Shown here: in pieces, positions 46,186 through 55,633 of the stretch
Numbering within the stretch: the stretch's first letter is position 1
How the letters are laid out: each line of letters opens with the position of its first letter
Translations under genes and position numbers: made by a program
Assembly: GCA_011772495.1 (NCBI GenBank)
Contig: WVZL01000032.1
Coordinates: forward strand, 13,893 to 77,892
DNA length: 64,000 nt
Source: Candidatus Aminicenantes bacterium
Lineage (GTDB): Bacteria > Acidobacteriota > Aminicenantia > Aminicenantales > Aminicenantaceae
Direction of reading: 5' to 3'
Notes under the pieces: generated by a model
Told to the model about the DNA's origin: nothing
The model's input: the letters and a program-made list of their open reading frames with translations, nothing else
The model's database searches: none

Positions 46186-46508
46186 GTGACAACATAATCG
46201 AAATCGAAATTTACGGACAGAGATATAAGATAAGAGTCAAAGGAGAAGAGGATGAAAAATATATAAGCCATCTGACTTCATATGTTGATCAGAAGATGCA
46301 TGAAGTGGCTGTGAAATCCAAATCAGCAGATGGACTAAAAATCGCCGTTCTGGCGGCTTTGAACATTGCCGATGATTTTTTTTCCATGCAGAAGAGGCTA
46401 GATCAACTTAATGAAGTCATTGGTCTTATGGAGAGTGAAATAGAAAGTTTGGAGGAACATTTATTTAAAAATGGACATACATTCAAAAAGGTGGAAGACG
46501 CTTATTAA
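46182..46508 (+). CDS. zapA: Cell division protein ZapA
   Basis: 108 aa: IEIYGQRYKIRVKGEEDEKYISHLTSYVDQKMHEV...AVLAALNIADDF, typical ZapA. Confidence 0.75.
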   Translation: MSDNIIEIEIYGQRYKIRVKGEEDEKYISHLTSYVDQKMHEVAVKSKSADGLKIAVLAALNIADDFFSMQKRLDQLNEVIGLMESEIESLEEHLFKNGHTFKKVEDAY

Positions 46509-46746
46509 AAAATCGAGAATATGCGCAGACGTGTTCATAGATGAAACAAGAGGTAACCTCGAGCTGAAAAAAGGTCTCTTCCGTTCTGCTGTTTGGGCTG
46601 AGGTCTATCCTTGGGTTGCCAAGAACAGGGTCTATTCCAGGGCTTTTATGAAGTCAGCTTGCGGAAAGGTTTTCTCATCCTTGAGTGAAAGTTTAAGCTC
46701 TTAAAACCCTCCTTACTTTCATCTCCTTTGATTCACCCATGAGGAG

Positions 46747-48318
46747 GTGATCAAACTGAATTTAGCTTTGTTAATCAGCCTAATCACTATATTTATTCTT
46801 GTTTCTTTTCTTGTTTTCATTCTGATCAAGAAAAAAAGCGCCGTCAGAGCAGTTCTTAAAGCCAGACAGGAGGCCAAGGAGATTCTGGATCAAGCCAACC
46901 AAGAAGCAGAGAAAATAAGAAGAGAAGCTTCCTTAGAGGCGAAGGAGAAATACCTGAACCTTAAGACCGACTTTGAGAGACAGACGCGCGATAGGCGCCG
47001 GAAGATTAACGAGATGGAAAGGAGACTCGTTCACAAAGAGGAGGGTTTGGAGCGGAGGTTTCAGACTCTGGAAAGAAAAGAAAGAGATTTTTCGAGCAAA
47101 GAACAGAATCTCTATCAAAAAGAAAAGGAGATAGAGGAAAGCAAGGAGAAGTACAACGAGCTAATCAGGAAAGAGACTGAAGAGCTGGAGCGCATCTCTG
47201 GCCTGACTAGAGAAGAAGCAAAAAACACGCTGGTCAAGAAAATGGAAGAGGAGGCCAAGATTGAAGCCGCTCAAGCCATACGAAAAATAGAAGAAGAAAC
47301 AAGAGAAAAGAGCTCAGGGGTTGCCCGGGAGATTATCAGCCAGGCCATTCAGCGCTCGGCGGCTGAACACGTGGTGGAGACGACCGTTTCAGTTGTTGAC
47401 CTTCCTTCTGATGACATGAAAGGCCGAATAATCGGTCGAGAGGGGAGAAACATTCGGGCCCTGGAACTGGCCACTGGAGTTGACATCATTGTTGACGACA
47501 CTCCTGAAGCTGTTATTCTCTCTAGCTTTGATCCTCTGCGGCGGGAAATGGCCCGCCTGGCTATTGAAAAGCTGGTCATTGATGGAAGAATACACCCGGC
47601 ACGCATAGAAGAAATCGTGGAGAAGGTCAAGGAGGAATTAGAGGAGAAAATCAAGCAGGAAGGAGAATCGATAATCTTAGAGCTGAGGCTCCAGGATATT
47701 CATCCTGAATTGGTTAAAATTTTGGGCAAACTCCATTTCCGAACAAGCTACGGGCAGAACGTGCTGCAACATTCAAAAGAAGTAGCCTATCTGGCGAGTT
47801 TGATGGCCAAGGAACTGGGAGTCGATTCTCAAGTTGCCCTGAGGGCAGGCCTCTTGCACGATATCGGTAAAGCCGTGGACAAAGAGGTTGAAGGAACTCA
47901 TACAGAATTGAGTGTTGAGCTGGCCAAGAAATATGGAGAATCAGAAGCTGTTATCAAAGCCATAGCTTCGCATCATCGCGATGTTGATTTTCCCTCTGTT
48001 GAGGCTGTCTTAGTTCAGGCAGCCGATACTCTTTCGGCGGCTCGGCCAGGAGCGCGGCGAGAACTCCTGGAGGCTTATATCAAACGGTTAGAAAAATTGG
48101 AAGAGATCGCCAATTCTTATGAGGGAGTATATAAGTCTTTTGCTCTTCAGGCTGGCAGAGAGATCAGGATCATTGTCGAAAGTCAAAAAATTTCTGATGA
48201 GGATGCCGCCCTGGCGGCCAAAGAAATAGCGGACAAGATAAAAGAGGAACTGAAGTATCCGGGGCAGATAAAGGTGACTGTCATTCGTGAAATGAGAGCT
48301 GTGGAGTATGCCCGATAA
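46747..48318 (+). CDS. rny: Ribonuclease Y
   Basis: 523 aa. N-terminal TM helix, coiled coil, KH domain ([25 protein letters not shown]), HD domain (LLHDIGKA), C-terminal [15 protein letters not shown]. Start codon uncertain (GTG 46747 or downstream TTG). Confidence 0.95.
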   Translation: MIKLNLALLISLITIFILVSFLVFILIKKKSAVRAVLKARQEAKEILDQANQEAEKIRREASLEAKEKYLNLKTDFERQTRDRRRKINEMERRLVHKEEGLERRFQTLERKERDFSSKEQNLYQKEKEIEESKEKYNELIRKETEELERISGLTREEAKNTLVKKMEEEAKIEAAQAIRKIEEETREKSSGVAREIISQAIQRSAAEHVVETTVSVVDLPSDDMKGRIIGREGRNIRALELATGVDIIVDDTPEAVILSSFDPLRREMARLAIEKLVIDGRIHPARIEEIVEKVKEELEEKIKQEGESIILELRLQDIHPELVKILGKLHFRTSYGQNVLQHSKEVAYLASLMAKELGVDSQVALRAGLLHDIGKAVDKEVEGTHTELSVELAKKYGESEAVIKAIASHHRDVDFPSVEAVLVQAADTLSAARPGARRELLEAYIKRLEKLEEIANSYEGVYKSFALQAGREIRIIVESQKISDEDAALAAKEIADKIKEELKYPGQIKVTVIREMRAVEYAR

Positions 48319-49105
48319 GATAAGAGTTCTTTTTTTGGGGGATATCATCGGCCGTCCTGGAAGGAAGGCTTTGAAAAGATACCTCCCTCCTTTGATCAAG
48401 AAGTATTCTCCAGCTCTACTGGTGGCCAATGCTGAGAATGCTGCCGGAGGCATAGGCATCACCGAAAAAGTCGGCCAAGAGCTCTTAAGCCAGGTGCATG
48501 TTCTGACCTCTGGCAATCATATCTGGGATAAGAGAGAAGGCCTCTCTTATGTAGAGAAAGAGGAACGGCTCCTTCGCCCTGCGAATTACCCTCCGAGAAA
48601 TCCCGGGAGGGGAACCTATCTCTTCGAGACAGATAGGGGAGCTAAAATAGGTATTCTTAATCTTCAAGGGAGAGTCTTCATGGAGCCTATTGACTGTCCC
48701 TTCAGGATTGCCGATGAAGAGCTCAAGAGACTTAATACCTCGACGATAGTTGTTGATTTCCATGCTGAAGCGACTTCTGAAAAACAAGCGCTGGGCTGGT
48801 ATCTGGACGGAAGAGCTTCGGCTGTGATCGGGACTCATACTCATGTTCCTACAGCTGATGATCGCATTCTGCCCCAAGGGACAGCCTATATTACTGATGT
48901 GGGCATGGTGGGCGGTTACAATTCCGTGATCGGTATCCGAAAGGATCAAGCCTTGAAAAGATTCTTGACTGCTCGCCCTCATCGTTTTGAGCCGGGCAAA
49001 GACGGCCTTGTCTTTTCAGCTGTCCTGGTGGAAATAGATAGTCAGACCGGAAAAGCCTTGAAGATTCAGAGAGAATTCTTTGCCGAGGAAAAAATTGAGG
49101 ATTGA
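48308..49105 (+). CDS. ymdB: YmdB-family metallophosphoesterase (2',3'-cyclic-nucleotide phosphodiesterase-like)
   Basis: 265 aa: [15 protein letters not shown]...[10 protein letters not shown]...[11 protein letters not shown]...[14 protein letters not shown]. Conserved rny-ymdB gene pair. Confidence 0.85.
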   Translation: MPDKIRVLFLGDIIGRPGRKALKRYLPPLIKKYSPALLVANAENAAGGIGITEKVGQELLSQVHVLTSGNHIWDKREGLSYVEKEERLLRPANYPPRNPGRGTYLFETDRGAKIGILNLQGRVFMEPIDCPFRIADEELKRLNTSTIVVDFHAEATSEKQALGWYLDGRASAVIGTHTHVPTADDRILPQGTAYITDVGMVGGYNSVIGIRKDQALKRFLTARPHRFEPGKDGLVFSAVLVEIDSQTGKALKIQREFFAEEKIED

Positions 49106-50429
49106 AGATACTGTCTCCTCTGAAAAAGTCTACACGGTTTCAGAGATCACCCGGCTGATCAAGCAAGAACTAGAGGGAGCTTTTCCGTTGCTCTGGGTGG
49201 AGGGAGAAATCTCTAATTTTCACCGCCACCACTCGGGTCATCTCTATTTTACCTTGAAGGATGAGGCATGCCAGCTAAAGACAGTCATGTTCCGTTCCGA
49301 AGCCCAGAAAGTCCCTTTCGAAATGAAGGATGGCCTCCAGGTCGTCTCTAGAGGACGCGTAAATGTCTACGAACCAAGAGGAGAATACCAACTTGTCGTT
49401 GAGGTCGTGGAGCCCAAGGGAAAGGGCGCTCTCCAGTTAGCTTTCGAGCAGCTGAAAGAGAAATTGAGCAAGGAAGGCCTCTTTGACTCCAAATTCAAGA
49501 AGAAGCTTCCTCTACTCCCGAAAAAGGTAGGGATTGTCACTTCTCCTCGCGGAGCAGCTATCATCGATATTCTCAGAACTCTGGAAAGAAGGTTTGCTCG
49601 CCTGCACATCCTCATCTATCCTGCCCAAGTCCAGGGTGAGGGAGCTGCTGAGGAGATTGTTGAAGGACTAGATTATTTAGGCAGTCTTGTTGGTCTAGAT
49701 GTCATCATTGTGGGGCGAGGAGGGGGTTCGATTGAAGATTTATGGGCTTTCAACGAAGAAGCCGTAGCCCGGGCGATTTTTCGGTGTCCGGTCCCGGTCA
49801 TTTCTGCAGTTGGTCATGAGATAGACTTCACTATCTCCGATTTTGTGGCAGATATCCGGGCCTCGACTCCTTCAGCGGCTGCGGAGATGGTGATCGAAAA
49901 AGAAGAATCCTTTAGGGAGCTAATCGAGAATTTAGGCCAAAGACTGACTCACCACCAGAAATATTTTTTGCAGGAGCAGAAGCAGGTGGTTTTTAGCCTT
50001 ACTCATCATCGGGTTTTCCAGAACATGAAGGTCAAGCTCTTGAACCTCGAGCAAAAGATTGACGAGTTAGAGATGAAAGCCTGGAGTGTCATAAAAAACA
50101 CCCAGCAGCAGATCGCTGAAGGGAAATCCCGGGCCGTGTTGCTTGAAGAGAAGATGAGGAACATATTGAAAAGAATGCTCCAGCATCTTCAGGCGAAGTG
50201 GGAAAAACTCTCTGCAGAGTTGCACAATTTGAGCCCCCTGAATATACTTAAAAAAGGGTACACTCTCTGCTGGAGAGGCGCTTCTCAGCATCTCATCCGT
50301 AAGATAGAAGAGGTCGAGAAGGATAAAGAAGTCACGGTTTCTTTCTATAAAGGAGAATTCAGCTGTCTGGTTAAAAAAATCGATCAAGCCAAACCTATCA
50401 AATCCCGAGTATTAAAGGAGAAGAGATGA
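49080..50429 (+). CDS. xseA: Exodeoxyribonuclease VII large subunit
   Basis: OB-fold N-terminus (YTVSEITRLIKQELEGAFPLLWVEGEISNF) and catalytic domain (GIVTSPRGAAIIDIL, RGGGSIEDL). Non-ATG start: TTG at 49080 or 49095; overlaps the ymdB end. Confidence 0.9.
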   Translation: MPRKKLRIEDTVSSEKVYTVSEITRLIKQELEGAFPLLWVEGEISNFHRHHSGHLYFTLKDEACQLKTVMFRSEAQKVPFEMKDGLQVVSRGRVNVYEPRGEYQLVVEVVEPKGKGALQLAFEQLKEKLSKEGLFDSKFKKKLPLLPKKVGIVTSPRGAAIIDILRTLERRFARLHILIYPAQVQGEGAAEEIVEGLDYLGSLVGLDVIIVGRGGGSIEDLWAFNEEAVARAIFRCPVPVISAVGHEIDFTISDFVADIRASTPSAAAEMVIEKEESFRELIENLGQRLTHHQKYFLQEQKQVVFSLTHHRVFQNMKVKLLNLEQKIDELEMKAWSVIKNTQQQIAEGKSRAVLLEEKMRNILKRMLQHLQAKWEKLSAELHNLSPLNILKKGYTLCWRGASQHLIRKIEEVEKDKEVTVSFYKGEFSCLVKKIDQAKPIKSRVLKEKR

Positions 50430-50716
50430 CCAGCCCGAGCTTTGAAAAAGCTTTAGAAGACTTGGAGAATATCGTCGAAAAGTTAGAAAAAGGAGGGCTT
50501 TCTCTGAATGAGTCATTGGCTCTTTTTGAAAAAGGAGTCAAGTTAGCCAGGTATCTAAGAGACGAACTCGAGAAGGCAGAAAAAAAAGTTGAAATTCTCC
50601 TCAAGGATGAGAAAGGAGAAATCAAAGAAAAACCCTATGACCTTGCTCAGGAAGAGGAGGCTTCAGCTAAAAAAGAGCCTTCGGATCCCGAGAAAGATGA
50701 AGATCTTCCCTTTTAA
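50426..50716 (+). CDS. xseB: Exodeoxyribonuclease VII small subunit
   Basis: 96 aa: SFEKALEDLENIVEKLEKGGLSLNESLALFEKGVKLARYLRDEL. Confidence 0.9.
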   Translation: MTSPSFEKALEDLENIVEKLEKGGLSLNESLALFEKGVKLARYLRDELEKAEKKVEILLKDEKGEIKEKPYDLAQEEEASAKKEPSDPEKDEDLPF

Positions 50717-51580
50717 ATGATGAACGTTCAAGACCAGCTCGCCCAGAAAAAAAAGTCTATCGATAGGGAACTGGAGCGCCTCCTATCTCAGGAGGATTCC
50801 CTGCTTTTCCAGGCCATGAGACATGCAGTGCTTTCTGGAGGAAAGAGATTCAGACCTTTGCTCGCCTTCTCTACAGGAGAGTATTTTGGCGTCGGAGAGG
50901 ATGTCCTTCTCCCCTTTGCCTGTGGATTGGAATTGATCCATAATTATTCGCTTGTCCATGATGATTTACCTCTGCTGGATAATGACGACTTTCGAAGAGG
51001 CCGGCCTTCTTGTCATAAAGCCTTTGGTGAGGATATTGCTCTTTTAGCGGGTGATAGTCTCTTGACTTTAGCTTTTGAAGTCATAGCTCAGGCTCCGGTA
51101 GACAAAAGTCTGGTTCCAGGGAAAGAACGGGTCATCCAGGAAATTAGCCATTTGGTAGGAGCTAAAGGTATGGTCGGAGGGCAGTTGATGGATATCACCC
51201 TGTCTCCAGAGGAGATATCCGAGAAAGACCTTCAGGAGCTTATCCTGAAGAAGACAGGAGCTTTGATCATCGCTTCCATAAAAACAGGGGCCATTCTGGG
51301 CGAGGCCTCAGCTCTGCAGATCGAAGCCCTGGTCGAATACGGACGAAACATAGGTATGGCTTTTCAAATCAGGGATGATATTCGCGATGCCATCGACGAA
51401 GAAGAAAAAAAACACCCACCCCGGCCGAGCTATGTCTTTCTTCATGGGCAGTCAGGGGCAAAAAAAAGACTAAAAAAATTCATTGAAGACGCGATAAAAG
51501 CCTTGGAGAAGGCTTCACTAGAATCAGACGCACTTCACTACTTGGCCCGTAGACTCTTAGACATCAACGGGGACAGCTAA
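50717..51580 (+). CDS. ispA: Polyprenyl (farnesyl/geranylgeranyl) diphosphate synthase
   Basis: 287 aa. First DDxxD (LVHDDLPLLDNDDFRRG) and second DDxxD (QIRDDIRD) motifs. Confidence 0.9.
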   Translation: MMNVQDQLAQKKKSIDRELERLLSQEDSLLFQAMRHAVLSGGKRFRPLLAFSTGEYFGVGEDVLLPFACGLELIHNYSLVHDDLPLLDNDDFRRGRPSCHKAFGEDIALLAGDSLLTLAFEVIAQAPVDKSLVPGKERVIQEISHLVGAKGMVGGQLMDITLSPEEISEKDLQELILKKTGALIIASIKTGAILGEASALQIEALVEYGRNIGMAFQIRDDIRDAIDEEEKKHPPRPSYVFLHGQSGAKKRLKKFIEDAIKALEKASLESDALHYLARRLLDINGDS

Positions 51581-53457
51581 TGAATAGAATTCTTGATAAG
51601 ATCGGAAGTCCTGCCGATTTAAAGAAACTCAAGAAAAGGGAACTTTCTAAGTTAGCAAAGGAGATAAGAGCCTTAATCATCGAGGTTGTCTCAAAAAGCG
51701 GAGGGCACCTCTCATCGAATTTGGGCGTAGTGGATTTGACTATTGCCCTCCATTATGTCTTCGATGCTCCCCGAGATAAGATCATTTGGGACGTTGGCCA
51801 TCAATGTTATCCCCATAAGATTCTAACAGGAAGAAAGGAGAAATTCCGTAACCTCCGCCAATATCAAGGTCTGTGTGGGTTCCCATCTCGGGAGGAAAGC
51901 GAGTATGACGTTTATAACACCGGTCATGCCTCGACAGCTCTTTCTGCCGCCCTGGGAATGGCGGTAGCCCGCAATAAGAAGAAAGAAGATTATCAGGTAG
52001 TGGCCGTTGTCGGAGACGGCAGTTTGACCGGAGGCGTGGCCTGGGAAGCCTTAAACCAGATCGGCCATCACCGCGAAAAAGTGATTATGGTTCTCAATTA
52101 CAACGAGATGTCCATTTCATATAATGTTGGCGCCATGTCTAAATATCTCTCCTATATTGTCACTGGGCAGCATTATTTAAGGATAAAGGACCATGTCAAG
52201 TCTATCCTGAAATCCATTCCTGCTGTAGGCTGGCCGATGATCAAAGTGGCTCGGGCCATGGAGGAGGCCATCAAGAAGATCTTTTTCCCGGGGCTGGTTT
52301 TCGAAGAGCTGGGTGTGCGGTACGTTGGTCCTGTCCAAGGGCATAGTTTGGGATCCTTGATCGAAGTCTTTGAGGATGCTAAAGCTTATAATGGTCCTGT
52401 CCTGATCCACTGTGTCACCCAGAAGGGAAAAGGATATCTTCCAGCCAAGAAAAATCCAGAGAAGTTTCACAGTGCTAGCCCCTTTGATATTCAATCAGGA
52501 AAGCCTGTCAGCACGGATGAAAGACCGACCTATTCTTCCATTTTTGGGCGCACTATGATCAAAATAGCCAAGGAGGATGAGAGGGTGGTGGCCATAACGG
52601 CGGCCATGCCTGATGGGACCGGCCTCAAATCTTTTGCCCAGCAGTACCCGGAGAGATTTTTTGATGTGGGTATAGCTGAACAGCACGCCGTAGATTTTGC
52701 CACTGGCCTAGCTCTCAGTGGTTATAAACCGGTGGTGGCCATTTACTCAACCTTTCTTCAGAGAGCCTATGATCAGCTTTACCACGATGTTTCCTTGATG
52801 GATATCCCAGTCGTGTTTGCTCTGGACCGGGCCGGTGTTGTGCCCGATGATGGTCCTACCCATCAGGGAGTGAATGACATCATTTATCTGCGACATATGC
52901 CTAACATGATCGTCATGGCTCCCAAGGATGAGAATGAACTGCAGCATATGATAAAATCCGCCTTTTCTTATTCCCACCCCTCAGCCGTGCGTTTCCCCAA
53001 GGGGAAAGCGACAGGGCTGTCGATGGATGAAGTCTTAAAGGAAATTCCTCTTGGTCAGAGCGAGCTGCTCAAGGAAGGGCAGGATTTGCTCATAGCCTTC
53101 GGAAGCATGGTCTATCCATGTTTGGAAACAGCCCGAAGGCTGGAAAAGGAAGGAATAAACCTGGCGGTGCTGAACGCAAGGTTTGCCAAACCTTTGGATG
53201 CAGAGATGATACTCCGTTATGCTCAGCCTGGTCGAATGATCATCACGGCCGAAGAGGGCGTTACAGTCGGGGGTTTTGGGAGTGCGGTTCGAGAGCTTTT
53301 GGATAAAGAGAAACGCTTTTCGCTTAGGTTCAAGTGTATCGGTCTCCCTTTGGATGTCTACCCTATGGGAAAAGTGGACCGGATAAAAAAGCAGTGCCTC
53401 TTGGATGAAGAAGGCCTTGTTCAGCAGATAAGAGAATTCTATGAGGAGACAAGATAA
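51580..53457 (+). CDS. dxs: 1-deoxy-D-xylulose-5-phosphate synthase
   Basis: 625 aa. TPP-binding GDGS(L)TGG, HGxxxxSxxxGH-type motifs. Conserved xseB-ispA-dxs operon. Confidence 0.95.
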   Translation: MNRILDKIGSPADLKKLKKRELSKLAKEIRALIIEVVSKSGGHLSSNLGVVDLTIALHYVFDAPRDKIIWDVGHQCYPHKILTGRKEKFRNLRQYQGLCGFPSREESEYDVYNTGHASTALSAALGMAVARNKKKEDYQVVAVVGDGSLTGGVAWEALNQIGHHREKVIMVLNYNEMSISYNVGAMSKYLSYIVTGQHYLRIKDHVKSILKSIPAVGWPMIKVARAMEEAIKKIFFPGLVFEELGVRYVGPVQGHSLGSLIEVFEDAKAYNGPVLIHCVTQKGKGYLPAKKNPEKFHSASPFDIQSGKPVSTDERPTYSSIFGRTMIKIAKEDERVVAITAAMPDGTGLKSFAQQYPERFFDVGIAEQHAVDFATGLALSGYKPVVAIYSTFLQRAYDQLYHDVSLMDIPVVFALDRAGVVPDDGPTHQGVNDIIYLRHMPNMIVMAPKDENELQHMIKSAFSYSHPSAVRFPKGKATGLSMDEVLKEIPLGQSELLKEGQDLLIAFGSMVYPCLETARRLEKEGINLAVLNARFAKPLDAEMILRYAQPGRMIITAEEGVTVGGFGSAVRELLDKEKRFSLRFKCIGLPLDVYPMGKVDRIKKQCLLDEEGLVQQIREFYEETR

Positions 53458-53558
53458 ACCGTTGGGAAAATGTAGCTCGTGGAGAAGCGCGCCAGGAGAG
53501 ATATCGTTTTCTTGAAGGAGATTGATAAAACCCTTCTCATCATACAGTCGGTAAGATA

Positions 53559-54365
53559 GTGACTCCGAGCATTGTGAAAAAAGAGCGGGCGGATAAAGTC
53601 ATTGTCAGCCGCGGTCTGGCTGATAGCCGCCAACAGGCACAAGCTCTTATCATGGCCGGTTTGGTTTTCGCTGAGGGGCAGAGAGTCGAGAAACCAGGTC
53701 AGAGAATCGAGAATGATCAAGCTCTTCTCATTAAAGAGCGAATGCCTTATGTTAGCCGGGGGGGTCTAAAGCTTGCCGAGGCCTTGGATGTCTTCAATAT
53801 CGCGGTCAAGAGAAAGACGGCAGCTGATTTAGGAGCTTCAACGGGGGGATTCACCGACTGCCTCCTTCAGCGGGGAGCGAGTAGAGTCTATGCCGTTGAT
53901 GTCGATATCCGCCAGATTGACTGGCGCTTAAGAGAGGATAAGCGGGTCATCCCTATCGAGAAGAATGCCCGGTATTTGAAAAAGGAAGATTTTGGAGAAG
54001 AGTTGGATATCGTCACTATGGATTTGTCTTTCATTTCAGTATTGAAAGTCTTGCCCGCGGTGAAGGAATTCTTGAGTGGGGGAAAACTTGTCTCTCTCCT
54101 CAAACCTCAATTCGAGGTCGGCAAGGGCCAGGTAGGTAAGAAAGGAATAGTCAGAGATCCCCGCCTGCACGAAGAGGTCTTGGACAAGATCACAGGTAAA
54201 GCCGATCAAATGGGTTTCAAAGCAGAGGATTTGATGAGAAGTTCGATTCGAGGATCGAAAGGGAATATAGAGTTCTTCATCCTGTGGTCTTTAGGAGGAA
54301 AATCCTTGAGTCAGAGAAGAGTGAAGAGAATAATCAAGGAGGCTGTCTGGAATGAAAAAAATTGA
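53559..54365 (+). CDS. tlyA: TlyA-family rRNA 2'-O-methyltransferase (hemolysin A-like)
   Basis: 268 aa. S4-like N-terminus (VSRGLADSRQQAQALIMAGLV), FtsJ-like SAM domain (DLGASTGGFTDCLLQRGA). GTG start. Confidence 0.85.
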   Translation: MTPSIVKKERADKVIVSRGLADSRQQAQALIMAGLVFAEGQRVEKPGQRIENDQALLIKERMPYVSRGGLKLAEALDVFNIAVKRKTAADLGASTGGFTDCLLQRGASRVYAVDVDIRQIDWRLREDKRVIPIEKNARYLKKEDFGEELDIVTMDLSFISVLKVLPAVKEFLSGGKLVSLLKPQFEVGKGQVGKKGIVRDPRLHEEVLDKITGKADQMGFKAEDLMRSSIRGSKGNIEFFILWSLGGKSLSQRRVKRIIKEAVWNEKN

Positions 54366-55203
54366 ACGGGCAGGTCTAGTCATAAAACCCCACGCTCCTG
54401 ACATAAAGAAGATTCTCCAGGAGCTCATCCAATATTTGGAGAAGAAGGGTATTGAGTGTGTTTTAGAGGAATTAGCTTCTGATAAACTCAAGAGAAAAGA
54501 GGGAATTAGTCGAGAAGATCTCCCGGACAAAGTTGACTTCGTCGTTGTTCTTGGGGGTGATGGAACCCTTCTCAGCATAGCTCATCTGGCAGCCCAGAAA
54601 CAGGTCCCTGTCTTAGGAGTGAATTTAGGAAGCCTGGGTTTTTTAACCGAAGTGCCTTTGAGTGAGATGTTCTTGGCCCTGGATTCTTTCTTTAAAGGAA
54701 ATGAGAAAATCATAAGCCCCAGGCGATTGTTAAAAGTCAAATCCAAAGGAAAAACCTATTATTGTTTAAATGATGTCGTCATCAACAAAGGAGCCCTGGC
54801 CAGGATGATCCAATTCATTATCTGGATCGATGGCAAAGAGATTGCAACCCTGAGAGCCGATGGATTCATTATCTCGACTCCTACTGGTTCCACAGCCTAT
54901 TCTTTGGCGGCAGGGGGTCCTATCATCAAGCCTTATATACCTGCCATCCTCCTGGCCCCAATCTGTCCTCATACCCTTTCTTTCCGGCCCATGGTCATCT
55001 CTTTAAATTCAAAGATTAAAGTCAAACTTCTTACAGCCGGAGAAGAGGTCTACTTGACCTTAGATGGCCAAAGGGGAAATTTGCTGGTGAAGAATGATAT
55101 CGTGGATATTGAGCGGGCTCCTTTCGAGCTTCAATTGATTTCTTCTCCGAAGAGGAACTATTTTGATCTTTTGCAGGAAAAGCTGGGCTGGGGACAAAAA
55201 TAG
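54352..55203 (+). CDS. nadK: NAD+ kinase
   Basis: 283 aa. GGDGT motif (VVVLGGDGTLL), NDVVINKG, DGFIISTPTGSTAYSLAAGGPI. Confidence 0.9.
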   Translation: MKKIERAGLVIKPHAPDIKKILQELIQYLEKKGIECVLEELASDKLKRKEGISREDLPDKVDFVVVLGGDGTLLSIAHLAAQKQVPVLGVNLGSLGFLTEVPLSEMFLALDSFFKGNEKIISPRRLLKVKSKGKTYYCLNDVVINKGALARMIQFIIWIDGKEIATLRADGFIISTPTGSTAYSLAAGGPIIKPYIPAILLAPICPHTLSFRPMVISLNSKIKVKLLTAGEEVYLTLDGQRGNLLVKNDIVDIERAPFELQLISSPKRNYFDLLQEKLGWGQK

Positions 55204-55633
55204 GTTTTTGGGAGTGGTTTTGCTCCCGTTCAGATTTTTAACGCCATTCTCCCTTCGGCCTTCTCGGCTGCTGCGTAACTCGCTTCGCTCAGACATACTC
55301 GCAGGTCGACCTGGTCGACTTCCCTCGAAGACCAGCATCGTTACGCAGAAACGATGTTGGGGAAATCCAAGGGGGTATGCCCTCCTTGGTCGCAGAATGC
55401 TTTATGGGGGACGAGAAGGGGAGGCAGCGAGCCGTGAAAAGGAGAAGGCGAGCGTTGGAAGGGGGAAAGCGGAGCTGTTCCCCCTCCAAAGAGAATCGGA
55501 AAGGCTAAACCTGAAAAGTCGCTTCCTCCACTCCCAAAAACCTTTCCCATAATTTTAACTAAATAAACTGAACAAACTAGAAATGGGTGTTATTTGACAT
55601 TTTCAAGGCCCGATATTATCATAATTTCCTGCC
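55204..55633 (+). other. 430-bp non-coding, GC/purine-rich, highly structured region (nested inverted repeats, repeated GGA motifs) upstream of glgA - candidate ncRNA or regulatory leader
   Basis: No credible ORF in either strand (only low-complexity frames). CTGCGTAAC...GTTACGCAG 9-bp inverted repeat enclosing GTCGACCTGGTCGAC palindrome (55271-55340). GGGGGAAAGCGGAGCTGTTCCCCC hairpin. Multiple AAGGA/GGGAGG/GGAAGG/GGAAAG motifs. Strand assignment tentative. Confidence 0.4.

Noticed and set aside
46471-46704. 77-aa + ORF overlapping the zapA 3' end
   Set aside because: No recognisable features, and it overlaps zapA; considered less likely than a non-coding element, though not excluded (listed under findings).
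55204-55633. RNase P RNA, tmRNA or SRP RNA in the 430-bp non-coding region
   Set aside because: Lacks the invariant RNase P P4 sequence (AGGAAAGUCCGGGCUCC / ACAGAAnCCGGCUUA), lacks a tRNA-like 3' end (tmRNA), and only loosely resembles the SRP domain IV motif. Kept as an unknown structured RNA candidate instead.
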